DNA from: Veleropilina oligotropha
Lineage: Eukaryota
DNA: 64,000 nucleotides
Reading direction: 5' to 3'
Assembly (NCBI GenBank): GCA_048128005.1
Contig: JBEUKZ010000099.1
Span: 62,001-126,000, forward strand
Position numbers and translations under genes: made by a program. The notes under the pieces are model-generated. The model did no database searches and was not told where the DNA came from. It was given only the letters and a program-made list of their open reading frames with translations. This document shows positions 25,313 to 39,254 of this stretch, one piece after another. Within the stretch, counting starts at the first letter, position 1; every line of letters begins with the position of its first letter.

Positions 25313-25849
25313 CTAATGGATGCTTTGTCTGTAGCACAGTGAGTCTCTCTTGTGTCGATCAGCATTCGCCTTATACGAAAAGGCCTTCCAGCACTTCATA
25401 CATTGATATGGTTGGCGGTTGGCATGGGTGTTCATGTGACCGATGAAGTGACTGGACTGTCGGTAGCCTCTGCCGCAGAGGTGACAGTTGTATTTTGGCA
25501 CACCTTGATGATCCGAGTGATATTTGCTGTGTATAGATATGCAGGCAGGCGAGACGAATTTGGTATCGCACAGATGACACTCATATGAACACTCCTGGGA
25601 AACGAAATGTAGGAAAATGTGATTCGCCAATTTATTTTCATTCTGATGGGCGAAGTCGCAATATGGACACAAATGCTCGCTGCAACCCTCCAATAATGAG
25701 ATCTGGGCTGTGGTCAAATTTATGGCGGTGTCATGTAAAGATGATTGACTGTTACCGGGCATCAAGGATTCGGAGACTATCGCCACTTGCTTCCCAGTCG
25801 ACTGTTCAATGACTTCAAAACTCAGAGTTCCTTCCCCTGTTTCCGACAT
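25313..25849 (-). CDS. Variable terminal exon V8: 4 zinc fingers (last H-x5-C), 178 aa
   Basis: Acceptor tttttctttcAG at 25851-25850. Phase 0, MSETGEGTLSFEVIEQSTGKQVA...CPYC, CHLC, CHLC..FIGHMNTH, CMKC..RHKRDSLC. Confidence 0.9.
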   Translation of the reverse strand: MSETGEGTLSFEVIEQSTGKQVAIVSESLMPGNSQSSLHDTAINLTTAQISLLEGCSEHLCPYCDFAHQNENKLANHIFLHFVSQECSYECHLCDTKFVSPACISIHSKYHSDHQGVPKYNCHLCGRGYRQSSHFIGHMNTHANRQPYQCMKCWKAFSYKANADRHKRDSLCYRQSIH

Positions 25850-26099
25850 CTGAAAGAAAAATGTATCCGATCACTTGTCCAATTATAGTCAAACAATAAT
25901 GCAACTAAAACTAAAAATCCACCAGATAAACAATAACTAATATATAGACCCAAAATGGAAAGTCACTTAGAAATGCATGTAATTTCTCATTCCAAAACTG
26001 TAACCATGTTGACTTTGAATAATAAGTGGGTGAATTTTTTATCCATGTTGTCAAGTTCATACAGCCTTATGATATTTACCTCTGCCATGGAGGTTATAT

Positions 26100-26420
26100 T
26101 TACAACCCTGTTAGTTTGCCTGTCAACACGTTTACGACCCTGTTAGTTTGCCTGTCAACACGTTTACGACCCTGTTAGCTTGCCTGTCAACACGTTTACG
26201 ACCCTGTTGGTTTGCCTGTCAACACGTTTACGACCCTGTTAGTTTGCCTGTCAACACGTTTACGACCCTGTTAGTTTGCCTGTCAACACATTTACGACCC
26301 TGTTAGTATGCCTGTCAACACGTTTACAACCCTGTTAATTTGCCTGTCAACACATTTACGATCCTGCTAGTTTGCCTGTCAACACATTTTAATAATGACC
26401 CTGTTAGTTCGCCCGTCAAC
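26100..26420. repeat. 32-bp minisatellite (acgaccctgttagtttgcctgtcaacacgttt), ~10 copies
   Basis: Tandem copies are directly visible, about 250 bp upstream of the V8 acceptor. Confidence 0.93.
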
Positions 26421-27649
26421 CGTATATCTCAAAACGTTATGGATGGAGTGGATTGGTTCAGTGCTTAAAGATCAAACATGGCAGTGGGTCATAATTAGCG
26501 CTCCATCGTTTTATGTTGCATTATACTCAATAAACACTTTCCCAAAAGTGTGTCATCGAATAAAATGTTTCAATGTTCTTTATTATCAAATATTTTGGCA
26601 AATATATATGTCAAGACCATCGGATGTGGTGAGGGAAAGTTCACAATTTGGTTAATTGACAGTTGTGGTGTTATAACTGTGATTGATCGACTGATCTATA
26701 GCACTTGTGTTAAAACAAATCATGTCAGGAAAATCACAGAGTTCAGAGCAATTGGTGTTCAGATTGACAGCATATAATATTACATATGAAACCTCATTGG
26801 AAAATATATATATAAGCATAATATCTGCTTGATTATGAGTATTTCCAGTAATTATAGCACGCCCTACAATGCCTTACTTACATATAATTATCTCATGCCA
26901 TACAATGCCTTGCTTACATATATGTGGATATTATACACAGATTTGATGATTCAAAATGGAAGAACCTACATTGTTTGTGTTATAAAAAAATTACTGCTGA
27001 AATCGTTTAATCTACCCGGGGGGGCCTGCTGTAAAAGGCTGGTGTCATTTTTTCATTTATATACCCCCCATGGAATAATTTTATGTTGGCCAGCTTTCTG
27101 GGAAATCGACAGGGACTATTTTATAGAATGATTTATTATTTTACCCCAGCTGTAAAAAAATGGCACCAGTCAAACGGGGGTGTACTAGCAATAATAGAAC
27201 AATTTCATTAAACACATGTTATAAACAATGGATATCATACTTATTATTATTAAGGACACATATAATTATCAAATGAAGCATTGCATTTCAATACATATTA
27301 TGAAATAATTACATACACCCCTTAATGGACTATATGAATAACAGTATTCAGAACATACATTATTAAACCAAAATTGATGACACCAATACATATCGATAGG
27401 ACAGCGTATTTTTGTCCACTACCATTGAACAAAAGGCGAGCGCATGGTATTAGTTATAACGTCATGTTTGTTGCTTGGCAGGTCAATATATCGAATCCGG
27501 TGACCTGTTCAGCTTTCAACGGTTAATAGTACTTCTCTGATCTATGGTAAATATACCAGTACTGCCTGATTATTCTTGTGTACAGTAAACATTGGAGTAG
27601 AGATTATAATTAAAGTCATGATCATCATGTCGGAGACCGAAAAATGTTG

Positions 27650-29100
27650 GAAAGGGCGCTACTGGTAGCAGAGGTCGTGTGTGATCGCCAGAACAAAATC
27701 AGTCGCGACAAGGCCGTTGATCATGATCAAAAGTTCTGACCTGCGATTTCAAATCACAAGAGGCCGCAGACTGGTCTTACTTGGTCGTACCACCACTGTC
27801 GACCAGTCTCGACTGGTCGCACCACCAATCGTCTATGATCGCGGGTGAAGCAGCTTCACTAATGGTCGTGCAAACGTACGTGTCACTGACGATTAGTGGT
27901 GACCCCACGATCGGTGGTGCAACCAGTCACGACCTGTCCTGACTGGTTGCACAACTTTATGATTAGTGGTACCGCCAGTCTTTAGCTTTCCGAGACCAAC
28001 ATATTTAGAGCGGCTTCTGGGGCTCATGTAACTCTCCAATGCGACTCTCGAAGAGAGAATATCCCTATGGCGGATGTACTGGTGCTTCTTCGAACTTATG
28101 TTGGCTCATCTTTAGATGGGCAACATCAACATCTGGGTGCCGTGGCCTCAATCGTACTTTTCCGTCAAAGAAACGATATCAAAGAAAGGAGGCGTCAATA
28201 CTGGGTCCATAGATCGAGAGGTGATCCTTATACGGCAACTACATCAATCTGATGAATGAAGTGGAAAGAGCATTACAGGGTGATTTCACCAACGACATGC
28301 GCATATGTTCGACGAACTGCTTCTCCGAGTAACGCCCAAGCTCACAAAGCGGGACACCAACTACTGACATGCTCTCGAACCAGTGCTCAAGCTGTCCATC
28401 ACCTTACGGTATATGGCCACTGTGAACAGCCAACACAGCTTACTCCTTCCACCGATGTCCCACTTTGAATGAGATATAAAATGGGCTTCTAAAGGTAATT
28501 ATCACTCATGTTGAGCTCCCTGCCCTCCTTGTCCATGAGGCAGACTTTTACTCTGTAGGTTTTTTAAACAGGTGTCGCTCTTACCGCAAAACAGGGGGTG
28601 GTCGACGAACCATTCACAGAGAGTCTGCTCTACTATTAGCTCAAGCTCTGGCTATTTTTTCCTCTTGGTCGTCGCTTCATCCGTATCATGTGGTTTGGCT
28701 GGCATGTCCCAGGCGGAATTATCCTGCGTGGCCGGTGCCGGGTGAATTTCAGCCAAAACCTCCCTGACATCAGATTATGGCTATGTGCGGGTCATCTTCC
28801 TACGGCCATTCCAATTCTTGGGAGGCATAGCGTATTACGAAGTTGTGGGTTGTAGTTGAGAATTTCGATGAAGTGCACTCCTTGAGCGCTAGGTGACTAC
28901 TGATGCCAACGGACGACCGCGAGCCGTTATATCAGATTCGTGTCACTGATCGTCGCCACTATAGTCACAGCGATTATACCTACGATTGATCTTCTCCAGT
29001 AGTTGATGATAGAACAATCACGCGTACCACCAATCGTATGATGATATACCACCAGTTTTAAGAATAATCGCAATATAATTTATGACTGCATAATAGAGAT
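27650..29100. mobile_element. Internally deleted PIF/Harbinger transposon remnant
   Basis: Plus strand 28190-28430 reads RRRQYWVH...MFDELLLRVTPKLTKRDTNY*HALEPVLKLSITLRYMAT (Harbinger transposase N-terminus). The convergent minus strand ~28500-28830 has MPPKN...EWFVDHPLF (Myb/MADF-like). Subterminal gtcgYaccacc repeats are present. Ends are approximate. Confidence 0.7.
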
Positions 29101-30094
29101 TGTAGCAAACATTGCTGACTGATAGTATCACGGCCATATCACCATAAGTTGCCATTATTGGCTGCAGTTCGAATTTATTGCCAAATTTCCATTTGAATCT
29201 GGAATAGCATACATTTTTTATTGCGATGTGTGGTTATTTGGTGAACATTCTATGGAAATTCATCATCGATTAATCCTTCCAGAAACTTTTGAATTCGAAT
29301 ACTTGCCAATGTGTAATCTTTACCACTTTCATGAGCTTTGAATTATAACCAATGCCTGACTAGATTTCTCTAGTTCTTCAGAAGATTCGGATTGCCTATC
29401 ATGAAGATAATGCGAAGATTTTAAGGTATCTTCTTCTAAGACGTAAGAGTGCATGGACAGAAGCAAACGCTACTTTGATGCACTGATAGGAAGTTGTACA
29501 TTAGATATCTGGACAATGATTCTAATAAGAAATTATTTCACTAACTGTTTAGCAGTCTCAAAATACGAAAGAGGGTATAAATTCATTGCGCCTGATTTTT
29601 CGAACGGGCGACACGAATTTGGGGGGGGGGGGGTATTACTCCCTAAACATTGGGGAAAATGTGCCCTTGCATTCATCAGACTTAAGAGATAATATTGAAG
29701 AAAGAGCATTAATAAAAGTTCTGCAATGTGTTAAAGTGATGTTGGTTGGCGAATCCATAACCTGAAAATGGGTGCGCCTGCTTTATTCCCAATGCTCTGG
29801 CCTTTCTCTGACTGAATTTGAAAGTTGGTTTGTGATTGTATCTGGCAAAAAATGCTTCTGATGTTTGGTTTGAAACGATGCTAAATATCTTATTTTTTAG
29901 TCTAAAGAAATGTACATTATTGCGAAACAATATGGTGAAATGCACCATTTTCATGTGTTTTGGCAGCCCTTTTGATCTGTGGCAGCCATGTTGAATTTTT
30001 TGTTTTGATAAAAAATCTTGCCGAGTTAGTAGTGTAAACTAAGCCTATTTTATGAGCAAAAATGTAAATAACCGCACATTATTGTTACCAAATA

Positions 30095-30410
30095 TAGTTA
30101 AATACCGTATACCAAGTAATATGGTGCAATACACCATTTTCATGTCTTTTGGTTATCATTTTGATTTTATGGCAGCCACGTTGGATTTTTTGTTTGGATA
30201 AAGCGTACAGAGTTGGTAGTCACTAAGTGTAGACTAAATTTAGGACCAAAAATATAGTTAAATACCGTATACCAAGTAATATGGTGCAATACACCATTTT
30301 CATGTCTTTTGGTTATCATTTTGATTTTATGGCAGCCATGTTGGATTTTTTGTTTGGATAAAGCGTACAGAGTTGGTAGTCACTAAGTGTAGACTAAATT
30401 TAGGACCAAA
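30095..30410. repeat. Near-perfect direct duplication (~160 bp) inside a probable DNA-transposon remnant
   Basis: tagttaaataccgtataccaagtaatatggtgc...gactaaatttaggaccaaaaat occurs twice in tandem. Confidence 0.85.
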
Positions 30411-31194
30411 AATAAAATTGTTAACAAATAAAGTTAATTATACCATTTTTGATGGTTTGGGTGGCGATCTTGGATTTTTGGGCACCAAATTGGATTTTCA
30501 GATTGAGGCCCATATCAACTTTTGTCTACTCTTCCTGACTTACATTTCTGCCAAATTAGGTGCTTTTGCCATAAAACCTACAATTGTTTCACCATTCGGC
30601 TGCACTAATAAGATACAGCCTATCATTTTTCGGTGAAATTACAGAGATGGGTTAAGATCATAAATCACTTAAAAAAAGAGTCCCTGTGGATTTTACAGAA
30701 GGCTGGCCAACCTAAATGTGTTCCAGGAGGTCAATATTGATAAAAAAATTGCCACCATCCTTTTACAGTAGATGGTGTCCACCTCCCCTACAGCCCTATA
30801 AAACATGGTCTTGGCCCCTGGGGTACCAAGGATGCAGCAATTTCGTGCAATTCCCAATTCGGCCATTGACGTTTCGTTGATTTTAGAGCAGACTTTTCTT
30901 ATCGAAACATGCAGCTAGACGTTACATTAAATATTTATAACACTGTCAGAGTATTTGATCACATCCATATAACAATTACTAAAGCATATATATATATATT
31001 TATATATTCCAAAATGTGCTTTGGTTCCAACTAAATGCTAAACATGTTTGATAGAGTTATTCATCCATTAAATGCATGTAATACCTCATCCAAGAAGGTT
31101 AACCAAATGTGTGACAGGTCGGACGGAAGGACGAAAAGAGGCTATCCCTATAACCCCTTTCGGCTTATCCTTCAGAATCCACGGAGTACAAGGA

Positions 31195-31457
31195 AAGGAT
31201 CGATGCTTAATGTCCTGTATATTTCCAACCATCTTTGGTTCAAAGCAGGACATGTCCATATTATCTCGGGAGGAAAGCCCGGTCGCCCGGGAAACCCGCT
31301 CTCTCCGACCAGTTACGGACAACTGTTATTCATAAGTTGAACAAATGTGTGCTGCCCCAGCCGAGGTTTGAACCCCTTACTGTTCGCGTCTGCGGAATAA
31401 AGCCAGTGATATTCGGTGTCCGCAACCGATACCACACAGCTGTCGAAGCGGCCCGCG
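31195..31457 (-). mobile_element. SINE family A copy
   Basis: Minus-strand head gggccgcttcgacagctgtgtggtatcgg...ggggttcaaacctcggctgggg. Confidence 0.72.
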
Positions 31458-31653
31458 GGGTCCAACAAAGCATATATGCCAAAAGTGCGTTGAGCAAGTC
31501 ATATACACTCAATAAAATTTTAACCAAAAAGACACGCCGATGATGGCAACGCCGGAAAAAACATTCACTTGCAAGTCTCGCTTTCCTCCAGGGCCAGACA
31601 AAAAATACATGTTGTTCTATGATGATACAATTTAAATTAGCAATACCCGTTTA

Positions 31654-32256
31654 TCACACTAACGAGGAATCATCAGCTTCGCACGATTGGTGCTCGTTGC
31701 CTTGCCCTGTGCTCTCCTTCTCGTTGCCTTGCCCTGTGCACTCCTTCTCGTTGCCTTGCCCTGTGCACTCCTTCTCGTGCCAATCAGCATTCACCCTATA
31801 TGGGAAGGCCTTCCCGCACCAGGTACACCGATACGGTAAACGGTTGACGTGGGCATTCATGTGGATGATGTACTGTCTGGTTTTGCGGTACCCCCGGCCG
31901 CAGAAGTGACAGTTGTATTTCGGCATGGAGATACTACTCGAGTGATACGTCATATGCAAAGTTATGCAAAAGGCGGAGGCGAAGTTGGCTTCGCAAAAAC
32001 AGCATTTATTGGTGCACTCGTAGGAGTTTGAATGCTCGGATATGTGCCTGGCCAAAACTGTCTCATCATGGTGGACAAAGTCGCAGAATGGACACAAATC
32101 CTTGTTACTTGCGGCCAAACCTATGTTGGTGGCAGAAGATGGCCGACTGTTGCCAGGCAACAAGGATTCTGCTGCCGAGACCAATGCCACCTGCTCCCAC
32201 GTCGACTGATCAATGACTTCAAAACGCAGACGCCCTTCCCCTGGAGTCTCAGACAT
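31654..32256 (-). CDS. Variable terminal exon V7: 4 zinc fingers plus C-terminal (EKECTGQGN)x3, 200 aa
   Basis: Acceptor tttttctttcAG at 32258-32257. Phase 0, MSETPGEGRLRFEVIDQSTWEQVA... Confidence 0.88.
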   Translation of the reverse strand: MSETPGEGRLRFEVIDQSTWEQVALVSAAESLLPGNSRPSSATNIGLAASNKDLCPFCDFVHHDETVLARHISEHSNSYECTNKCCFCEANFASAFCITLHMTYHSSSISMPKYNCHFCGRGYRKTRQYIIHMNAHVNRLPYRCTWCGKAFPYRVNADWHEKECTGQGNEKECTGQGNEKESTGQGNEHQSCEADDSSLV

Positions 32257-33389
32257 CTGAAAGAAAAATTATTCCGATGACTTGTCCAAATAAAACGTTA
32301 CATAACGGTAATAAGACCAAAGCGAAACATTAACACAGCTTTTATGTCCTGAAAAAAACACATGATATTTCCTCATTGAAAAAACTGTAGCCAAGTCATC
32401 TTTGAATATCAGGTGGGTGTATTGTGCCTGAAGTTTTGTATGTTCTAATGTGACATTCCAATAATAAAACTAATTTATCTATATTTTGTTCACAAAAAAA
32501 GAACTTATTTCTTAATTTTGATTTTAAATAAATTCTTATCAGGATGGGCAAGAATATTTAACCAATAACTTAAATTGTCAGAGAAACTGGGTCAACAATT
32601 AACAATATAGTAAGCACGGTGTTGTCTGCTCATGTCGACTGACATTGAACTCTGTACAGATGGTTACCTGGAGGTCAGCACTTAATATTTCAACTAAACA
32701 TTCATCAATAAGTTGCAGTTGCTAGTAATTTCCCTTGACCAGAACTGCCATCAATTTTCACAAGATCACCGACGTTCAAATGATTTGAAGTGACCATGTT
32801 TTATTGATAGAGTAAAATCATAGTGCAGGTAAAAAATAGTCGACAATGACCTGCTGTCATTTTCAGTTCTGATCCATGAAAATGTTTACACATAACAACA
32901 CTGAAACTGTTGCAGCACTTGTTCGCAATTTAACTAAAGGGGCACTGTCCAATTTATAACTCTGGCAGTGATTGAAGCCTTGTTTTCATATTTTCATATC
33001 GAAGGTCTAGATTTGGAAAGAAGATACACTAATGTTTTATATATATATACTATTATTTAATGATATGACAATTGATCTCATTTTTGTAGATTCAAAAACA
33101 AAGCTCCGAGACAAACTTTAATTAAATTACTCGACTGACACAATAATGGGGCCATACGGAAAACTGTCTGCATTGATCATTCCAGGCCTGACGGTACAAA
33201 AAATTGTACAATTCCGTACCAGCTAGCATCATGGATACTATAATATAATCAAGAACACACTATTCTGTAATCGGTATTACATAAATGATCAAACGGCAGA
33301 CATGTCTGCAACATAACAAGCTTTAACAGACAATATTACGCCCACAATCGCATTGTTAAAAGGGAAGAAAAGACTCCAGAATAAAGTGG

Positions 33390-33635
33390 TGAATTGATGC
33401 TTAATGTCCTGTATAATATTTACAACCATTTGGTTCAAGGCAGGACTATCGCAGGAGAAAAGCCTGACCGTTGCCCGAGAAAACTGTCCCTCTCCGGTTA
33501 TGAACAACTGCGATCGATAACCAAACTTTTAGAATATTAATGCTCCAACCAAGATTTGAACCCACTTTTAGTTACTGCAATCGAGTCTGTGATCTCAGAG
33601 TTGGCATTTGAGACTACACGACTATCGGTGCGAAC
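33390..33635 (-). mobile_element. SINE family A, degenerate copy
   Basis: gatgcttaatgtcctgtata...ggttcaaggcagg...tttgaacccact. Confidence 0.6.
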
Positions 33636-34487
33636 CATTATGAACTAAATGATATAAGCTCACTATCACATTGTCAAGGGAAGACAATTTTAAGACTACG
33701 GAACAAGACAATAATGACAATGCAAAGTGATTAAATTTATAGGAAAAATGTCAGTAAAATGAATACAAAACTGTGTTAGCATCAGGAATTATATACAACA
33801 CTACACTACATAATATGATATTCCTACACCTATTAATAATATAAAGAGTCTCTCCAAAGAACTATTCACTTATTTAATATCACTCAGCATTTTTTTTTAA
33901 ATGTGCAGTAGTCTGTTCGAATAAAAAAGTGAACACACTCAGTCTGTCTTTATATCAGTTTTCTGATACCTAGCAGTAATTATAAAAAAAGATTATATGT
34001 ACATTATAACCATTAACATAACATTTGTCTTTATGAAGATATCATCTAGTACATACTCTGCATTATGGTCCTCTGGAAATGAAGAGGTGCCAGAGTGTGT
34101 GACCCACCATCAAACACAGGACTCTGGATCTGTGTCATATATAATAATATACATCCACTCAACAATGTTGCGCACGTAGGAATTAGTCAATTGCGCAATA
34201 ATGAATATTCTCTAGACTAGTGTGTAACACAAAGTTGATTGAGGTATGTCAATGTCAAGATGTCAGACACAGTTCTTGTGAAATCGAATCAGCCAATCGG
34301 CGTTTCTCAGGTAAATGGATTCTGTATATATATATTTCACATTCATGTCTTATAGTCACCTAGTGTGCATTCCATATCAGTGAATTAAGGCTTTCTGCAC
34401 ATTCTGATTTAGGTAAACACAAGCGGCATTAAAATAATACATATATCGTTTTATTACGATGCAATTTCAAATGGCGATCTCAGTTCA

Positions 34488-35030
34488 TCACATGAAAGAA
34501 GAATTGCGTTTCCACGATTGGCGCTCGTTGCATGCCTTCTTGTGCCTATCGGCATTCGGCCTGTGCGAGAAGGCCTTTCCGCACGTGGTACATTGATATG
34601 GGCGGTGGTTGGCGTGGGTGTTCGTGTGGCCAATGTATTGACTGGCTTGGCGGTAGCCCCTGCCGCAGAGGTGACAGTTGTATTTCGGCACACCTTGATG
34701 ATCCATGTGATATTTGATGTGTATGGATATGCAGGAAGCAGACTTGAAGCTGAGGTCACAAAGGTGGCATTTATTTGTGTCCTCTAGGACGTTAGAATGC
34801 AGCGAAATGTGATTGGCCAACTCATCTTCTTTTTGATGAACGAGGTCACAATAGGGACATAAATGCTTGTTGCCTTCCAATGAAGGAATCTGGGCTGTAT
34901 CCAGACGTACGACGGCGTCATGAAAAGAAGAGTTGCCGGGCAACAAGGATTCTGAGACAAATGCCACTTGCTTCCCAGTCGACTGATCAATGACTTCAAA
35001 ACTCAGAGTTCCTTCCCCTGTTTCCGACAT
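34488..35030 (-). CDS. Variable terminal exon V6: 4 zinc fingers (3 C2H2 + C2HC), 180 aa
   Basis: Acceptor tttttctttcAG at 35032-35031. Phase 0, MSETGEGTLSFEVIDQSTGKQVA...RHKKAC. Confidence 0.9.
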   Translation of the reverse strand: MSETGEGTLSFEVIDQSTGKQVAFVSESLLPGNSSFHDAVVRLDTAQIPSLEGNKHLCPYCDLVHQKEDELANHISLHSNVLEDTNKCHLCDLSFKSASCISIHIKYHMDHQGVPKYNCHLCGRGYRQASQYIGHTNTHANHRPYQCTTCGKAFSHRPNADRHKKACNERQSWKRNSSFM

Positions 35031-35989
35031 CTGAAAGAAAAATTAATCCAATCACCTGGCCAAATAGAGCGCATATATTTATAATTATAATGATATCAAG
35101 CAGAGCAAAACTAGAGTCCAAATACTATCGAGATCGCCCTTGACAATAACATAATTATGGCTACTAAAAGATGATTGTGATTGAAGTGTGGCTTAAACAA
35201 CATCATCCTGTTATATAAAACCAAATGAAACAATTAAAATCTATCAGACATATATTAACTTTAGCAACCCCAAAATGAAGTAGACATTGAATGCGCATAA
35301 TTCCTTATTCCAAAACTGTAACCAAGTAGGTGTATTGTATTTACATGTTGGTCAAGTTGAAACAACTATTTTTTGCACAATTCAATATATTTTTATTTTG
35401 TATAAAGTTTCGAAAGAGAATTTAACCAATAAACACTACCTCATACTTCCTCAACGAAACGATGTAATAGAGACGTCTTACTCGGTGTGTTTTGCCTCAA
35501 AACTGTTCAAAGGTTGAAATGTTCAATAAAATAAAAAAATGTTGTATTCTCTATATCTGCAAACAATTAATGAGATAGCAATTGTGTCTATGTTAATCTT
35601 GTTGCATTTTGGGCATTTTGTAAACTGCCCAAATGTGTAATGGATAGACTTCCAAATAGGTTCTATATTGAACAAAACCACTATAGTTTATAGCTGCAAT
35701 GAAACATTACTCAGGAGCTCTATAATACTGATTCATTTATTGTACTCAAGTAAATATACTTAACTATATATTTTACTGGTTTAATCCACAGATGTAAGTG
35801 TAATGTACCAGACATCGCATACATTCGATGATTGATAACTAATGACATTTTTTGAAGACGTGTTTTGTATTATTAAATTGCAATGCTTGTATTGCATGCA
35901 ATGTTCAGCTGAAATTCACCTAAAGATGACTAAAATCATGTATTAAAACTCTATAATGACATAATTCTGTTGTTGGCACAATTGGAACA

Positions 35990-37332
35990 TTACAAACGTA
36001 TTGTCTCAATGCAATGCAACATGTGGCTCAGTCGTTTATAGATCACAAGGAATTACGCTTTTAAATCCAAGATGGTGGACACGGCGGCCATCTTGGAGGT
36101 CGAACCATAGCCAAAATCTATGTTTCATTTCCTCATCCTAACCAAATTGTACATACTGTAACTACATTTGAACACATTGGGTTAAGTTGGTTAGCAGCAT
36201 TGTTTTACGACCACTTTTGGCAATTATTCAGCCGTATTGTAAGCGGGACACCCGGTTTAAAGTCTCACTCCGATCTGATCGACATACATTAGGGATATGC
36301 AATGTATTATTTTAAGCGATAGAATGAACCACCGCTGGTACTATTACAGGTTCAGTTGAGAGTCTGACGCGCTAACCACTCACCCGCCGATGCCGATGCC
36401 GCTTATTGCAGTAAGAAATGACCTAGAGGCATCACAAGGAATTACTGTTGAAAATCCAAGATGGTGACCACGGCAGCCATCTTGGATGTCGGACCACACC
36501 CGAAATCTATAGGTTTCATTTCCTCACCTTAACCAATTTATATACTAAATTTGAAAACATTCCGTTAAGAAATGGCCTGTCTAGACCACTCAGAAGGAAT
36601 CTCTCGGTGGCGGCCATCTTGGATGTCGGACCACACCCGAAATCTATAAGTGTCATGTCCCAACCCCAAACATTGCATATACTGTACCAAATTTGAAAGG
36701 AAAGGAAAGATGCTTAATGTCATGTATATTTCAAACCAGGACAGAGGAAAGCCCGGTCGCCCGGGTAAACCAGCCCTCTTCGACCAGTCACAGACAACTG
36801 CGATTCATAACAAACAAATATGTGATGCCTCAGCCGGGGGTCGAACCCACTACTGCTCGCGTCAGCGGAATCATTAGTCAGTGATTTTCGGAATCCACAA
36901 CCTTACCACTGTACTGTCGAAGCGGGCTACTAAATTTGAAAACATTAAATTAAGAAATGACCGTCTAGAGTGATCACAAGCAATTATGGTGGCCGTGGCG
37001 GCCATCTTGGAGGTTGGACCACACCCAAAACCTATAGGTGTCGTGTCCTCGCCCCAATCAATATACATACCAAATTTGAACGCATTTCATTAAGAAATGA
37101 CTTTTACAGAGCGATCACAAGGAATTATGATTTAAAATCAAAGATGGAGGCCACAGCGGCCATCTTGGAAGTCGGACGACACCCAAATTCCATAGGCATC
37201 GTGTCCTCGCCCCAACCGATGCACATACCAAATTTGAAAACAGAAATGGCCTGTCTAGTGCGATCACGAGGAATCTATCGGCAGACGCTAAACCATAGTA
37301 TCCCCCAACACTTTCGTTTCGGGGGATACAAT
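35990..37332 (+). mobile_element. HINE-like element with degenerate internal repeats (ggcggccatcttgga...taccaaatttgaa) and two nested SINEs
   Basis: At least 5 repeat units, terminal hairpin gtatcccccaacactttcgtttcggggggatac-like, SINE B at ~36180-36390 and SINE A at 36705-36930. Confidence 0.6.
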
Positions 37333-37492
37333 TACTCCATGGGGTTTTGGGAACAGTAAAATTTGTTGTCACGAGGTAGTGGGGAGGATCGAGAGAACTG
37401 TTGCCCGAGGCCGAAGGTAACAGCTCTCTCGATCCTCCCCACTACCGAGGGACAACTGTTTTGACTGCTCCCAAACTCCATGGAATAAATGT
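37331..37492. repeat. Long imperfect palindrome with loop CCGAGGCCGAAGG
   Basis: gtagtggggaggatcgagagaactgttgcc pairs with ggtaacagctctctcgatcctccccactac; the arms extend to tccatgg at both ends. Confidence 0.85.
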
Positions 37493-37911
37493 TTTATTAC
37501 CTAATCAATGATAATATAAAATTAGAGTTAACTTTATTTAGTAATCAACAAAAAAACATTTTAAAATATGAAGGACAGAGTTATAGAATTTGTACATGGA
37601 TGTGGTGTAATTGAAGTGTTGAACTTATACTGCACGTAATGTGAGGCCTTCTTGTTCTTTGGTATGTTTCAACTGCAATGAACTGCGAGCTATACTGCGT
37701 ATAGTGCATATACAAGCTGCAGAATGCACTCTCCATTTTGTTATATGCAATTGATAAATTACGACGTCACGTGGCTAATTCTCTGCGCTTTCGCATCGCG
37801 CATGTAGCAGTTCATCTAGGGGTGTAACAGTCAAAACTATTACACCCCTACGCTACGAATAGGGAAACAGTCAGAAATAACAAATGAATTTGTATATAGA
37901 CCATTAGGTAA

Positions 37912-38277
37912 TCTCTATATATAAAAGAGTAGAGTCTGTATGTCTCTCTGTCCGCATTTCCTCCGTAACCACTGGGCCGATCCTCATCAAACTTTGCATG
38001 TCAACTAAGGGTACCCAGGGGATGGTCTTGGCGACGAAAAAATTTCAATTTTGCAGAAAAAATATATAAAAAAAAAATTAATAATTTTAGGCGAAAATAT
38101 AAATTTTCCAAATTTCAAGCAATTTGTAGTTGCCGCAAAATAAAGCAAAAAATACAAAATATTCTATGTATATAAGTACACATTGTCAATTACTATGAGT
38201 GGCGAAGCCCCTCCAATTGGGGCCGCAGGCACCACGACGCTGAATTAGAGCTTCCAACGGGAGCTCACTTCTGCTAG
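37912..38277 (+). mobile_element. Non-autonomous Helitron
   Basis: A|TCTCTATATATAAAAG start, hairpin gagcttccaacgggagctc, CTAG|T end. Confidence 0.78.
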
Positions 38278-39254
38278 TAATTAATATTATTAAGTCACAA
38301 GTATCCACAACTGGCCGGTGCGGGCTGCTTTTTCTGGGTGACCAGGACATGCCCTGATATGATCATTAAGGGTGTTAAAGTGGGACACTAAGCATCGATC
38401 CAAACCTACTTAATCTGTGTGCGATAAGTAAGACTCAACAAGTAATATATTGCTACAAAAAACAGTATTTATTTTATATTTTATAGTACACTAGTTCAAA
38501 TTTTATAATAGAATTTTTTAATGTGCGGCATGCGTTTACACAAAACTTGGGTGCCAGTTACCCCTTTAACCATGGAATAGATATTGTAAAAACTGAGTGA
38601 TGTGACTATAGGAGATACTAACCATCAATGCATCCTTTTATAATTTTGTCAGGTTTACAATATCGTTTCTTAGAATACAATCCATGGCAACACCGTAACC
38701 TTAACCAGTAACCTTAATGTCTCAGAAGAATGCACTTCAACAAGCATTTCTTTCGCAATCCAGAAGAACTATATACCAACAGGTTCCAAATCAACATATA
38801 GTGATCTGCTCAAGATTATCGATTTCTATCAAGTCATCGCTTATATATATTACACACGTTAAATCAATCAATGCATTTGACAATTCTGCCTCAATTACGT
38901 AGTTTGTGATTATCTGGATGAGAGAGCAAAACTGTTACATACACATTAGCTGTATGGCTGAAGTAAAATCTCCAAAGATTGCAATTCAGCAATCTTGCTA
39001 TCAAAATTTCCAAAAACGATGAAATCGTGAAATACATTCAGTACAATTCTCAACAGTTCATGGTTCACAATTGATGACAAATTATTACTCGAGGACAAAG
39101 CTCCATGCAGCAGGCATAGATAAAAAGTACCCTGAGGTAATTAAGTGCTGTACCACTTCTAAAGGTTCTTTGATGTCCCTTGGTACATAAGGTTTGTATA
39201 TGTCTGCTGATCTCGAAGATGATGTCCCTTGGTATATAATATAAGCAGGTCGAC

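Noticed and set aside
29440..30610. Possible Academ-like element (right end ...ggctgcacta)
   Set aside because: I could not identify the matching left terminus or a TSD, so only the internal duplication is reported.
31340..31457. Possible tRNA genes at SINE heads (also 45818-45890, 51440-51512, 21530-21606)
   Set aside because: Box A/B-like motifs are present, but I could not build a full cloverleaf and each continues into a repeat body.
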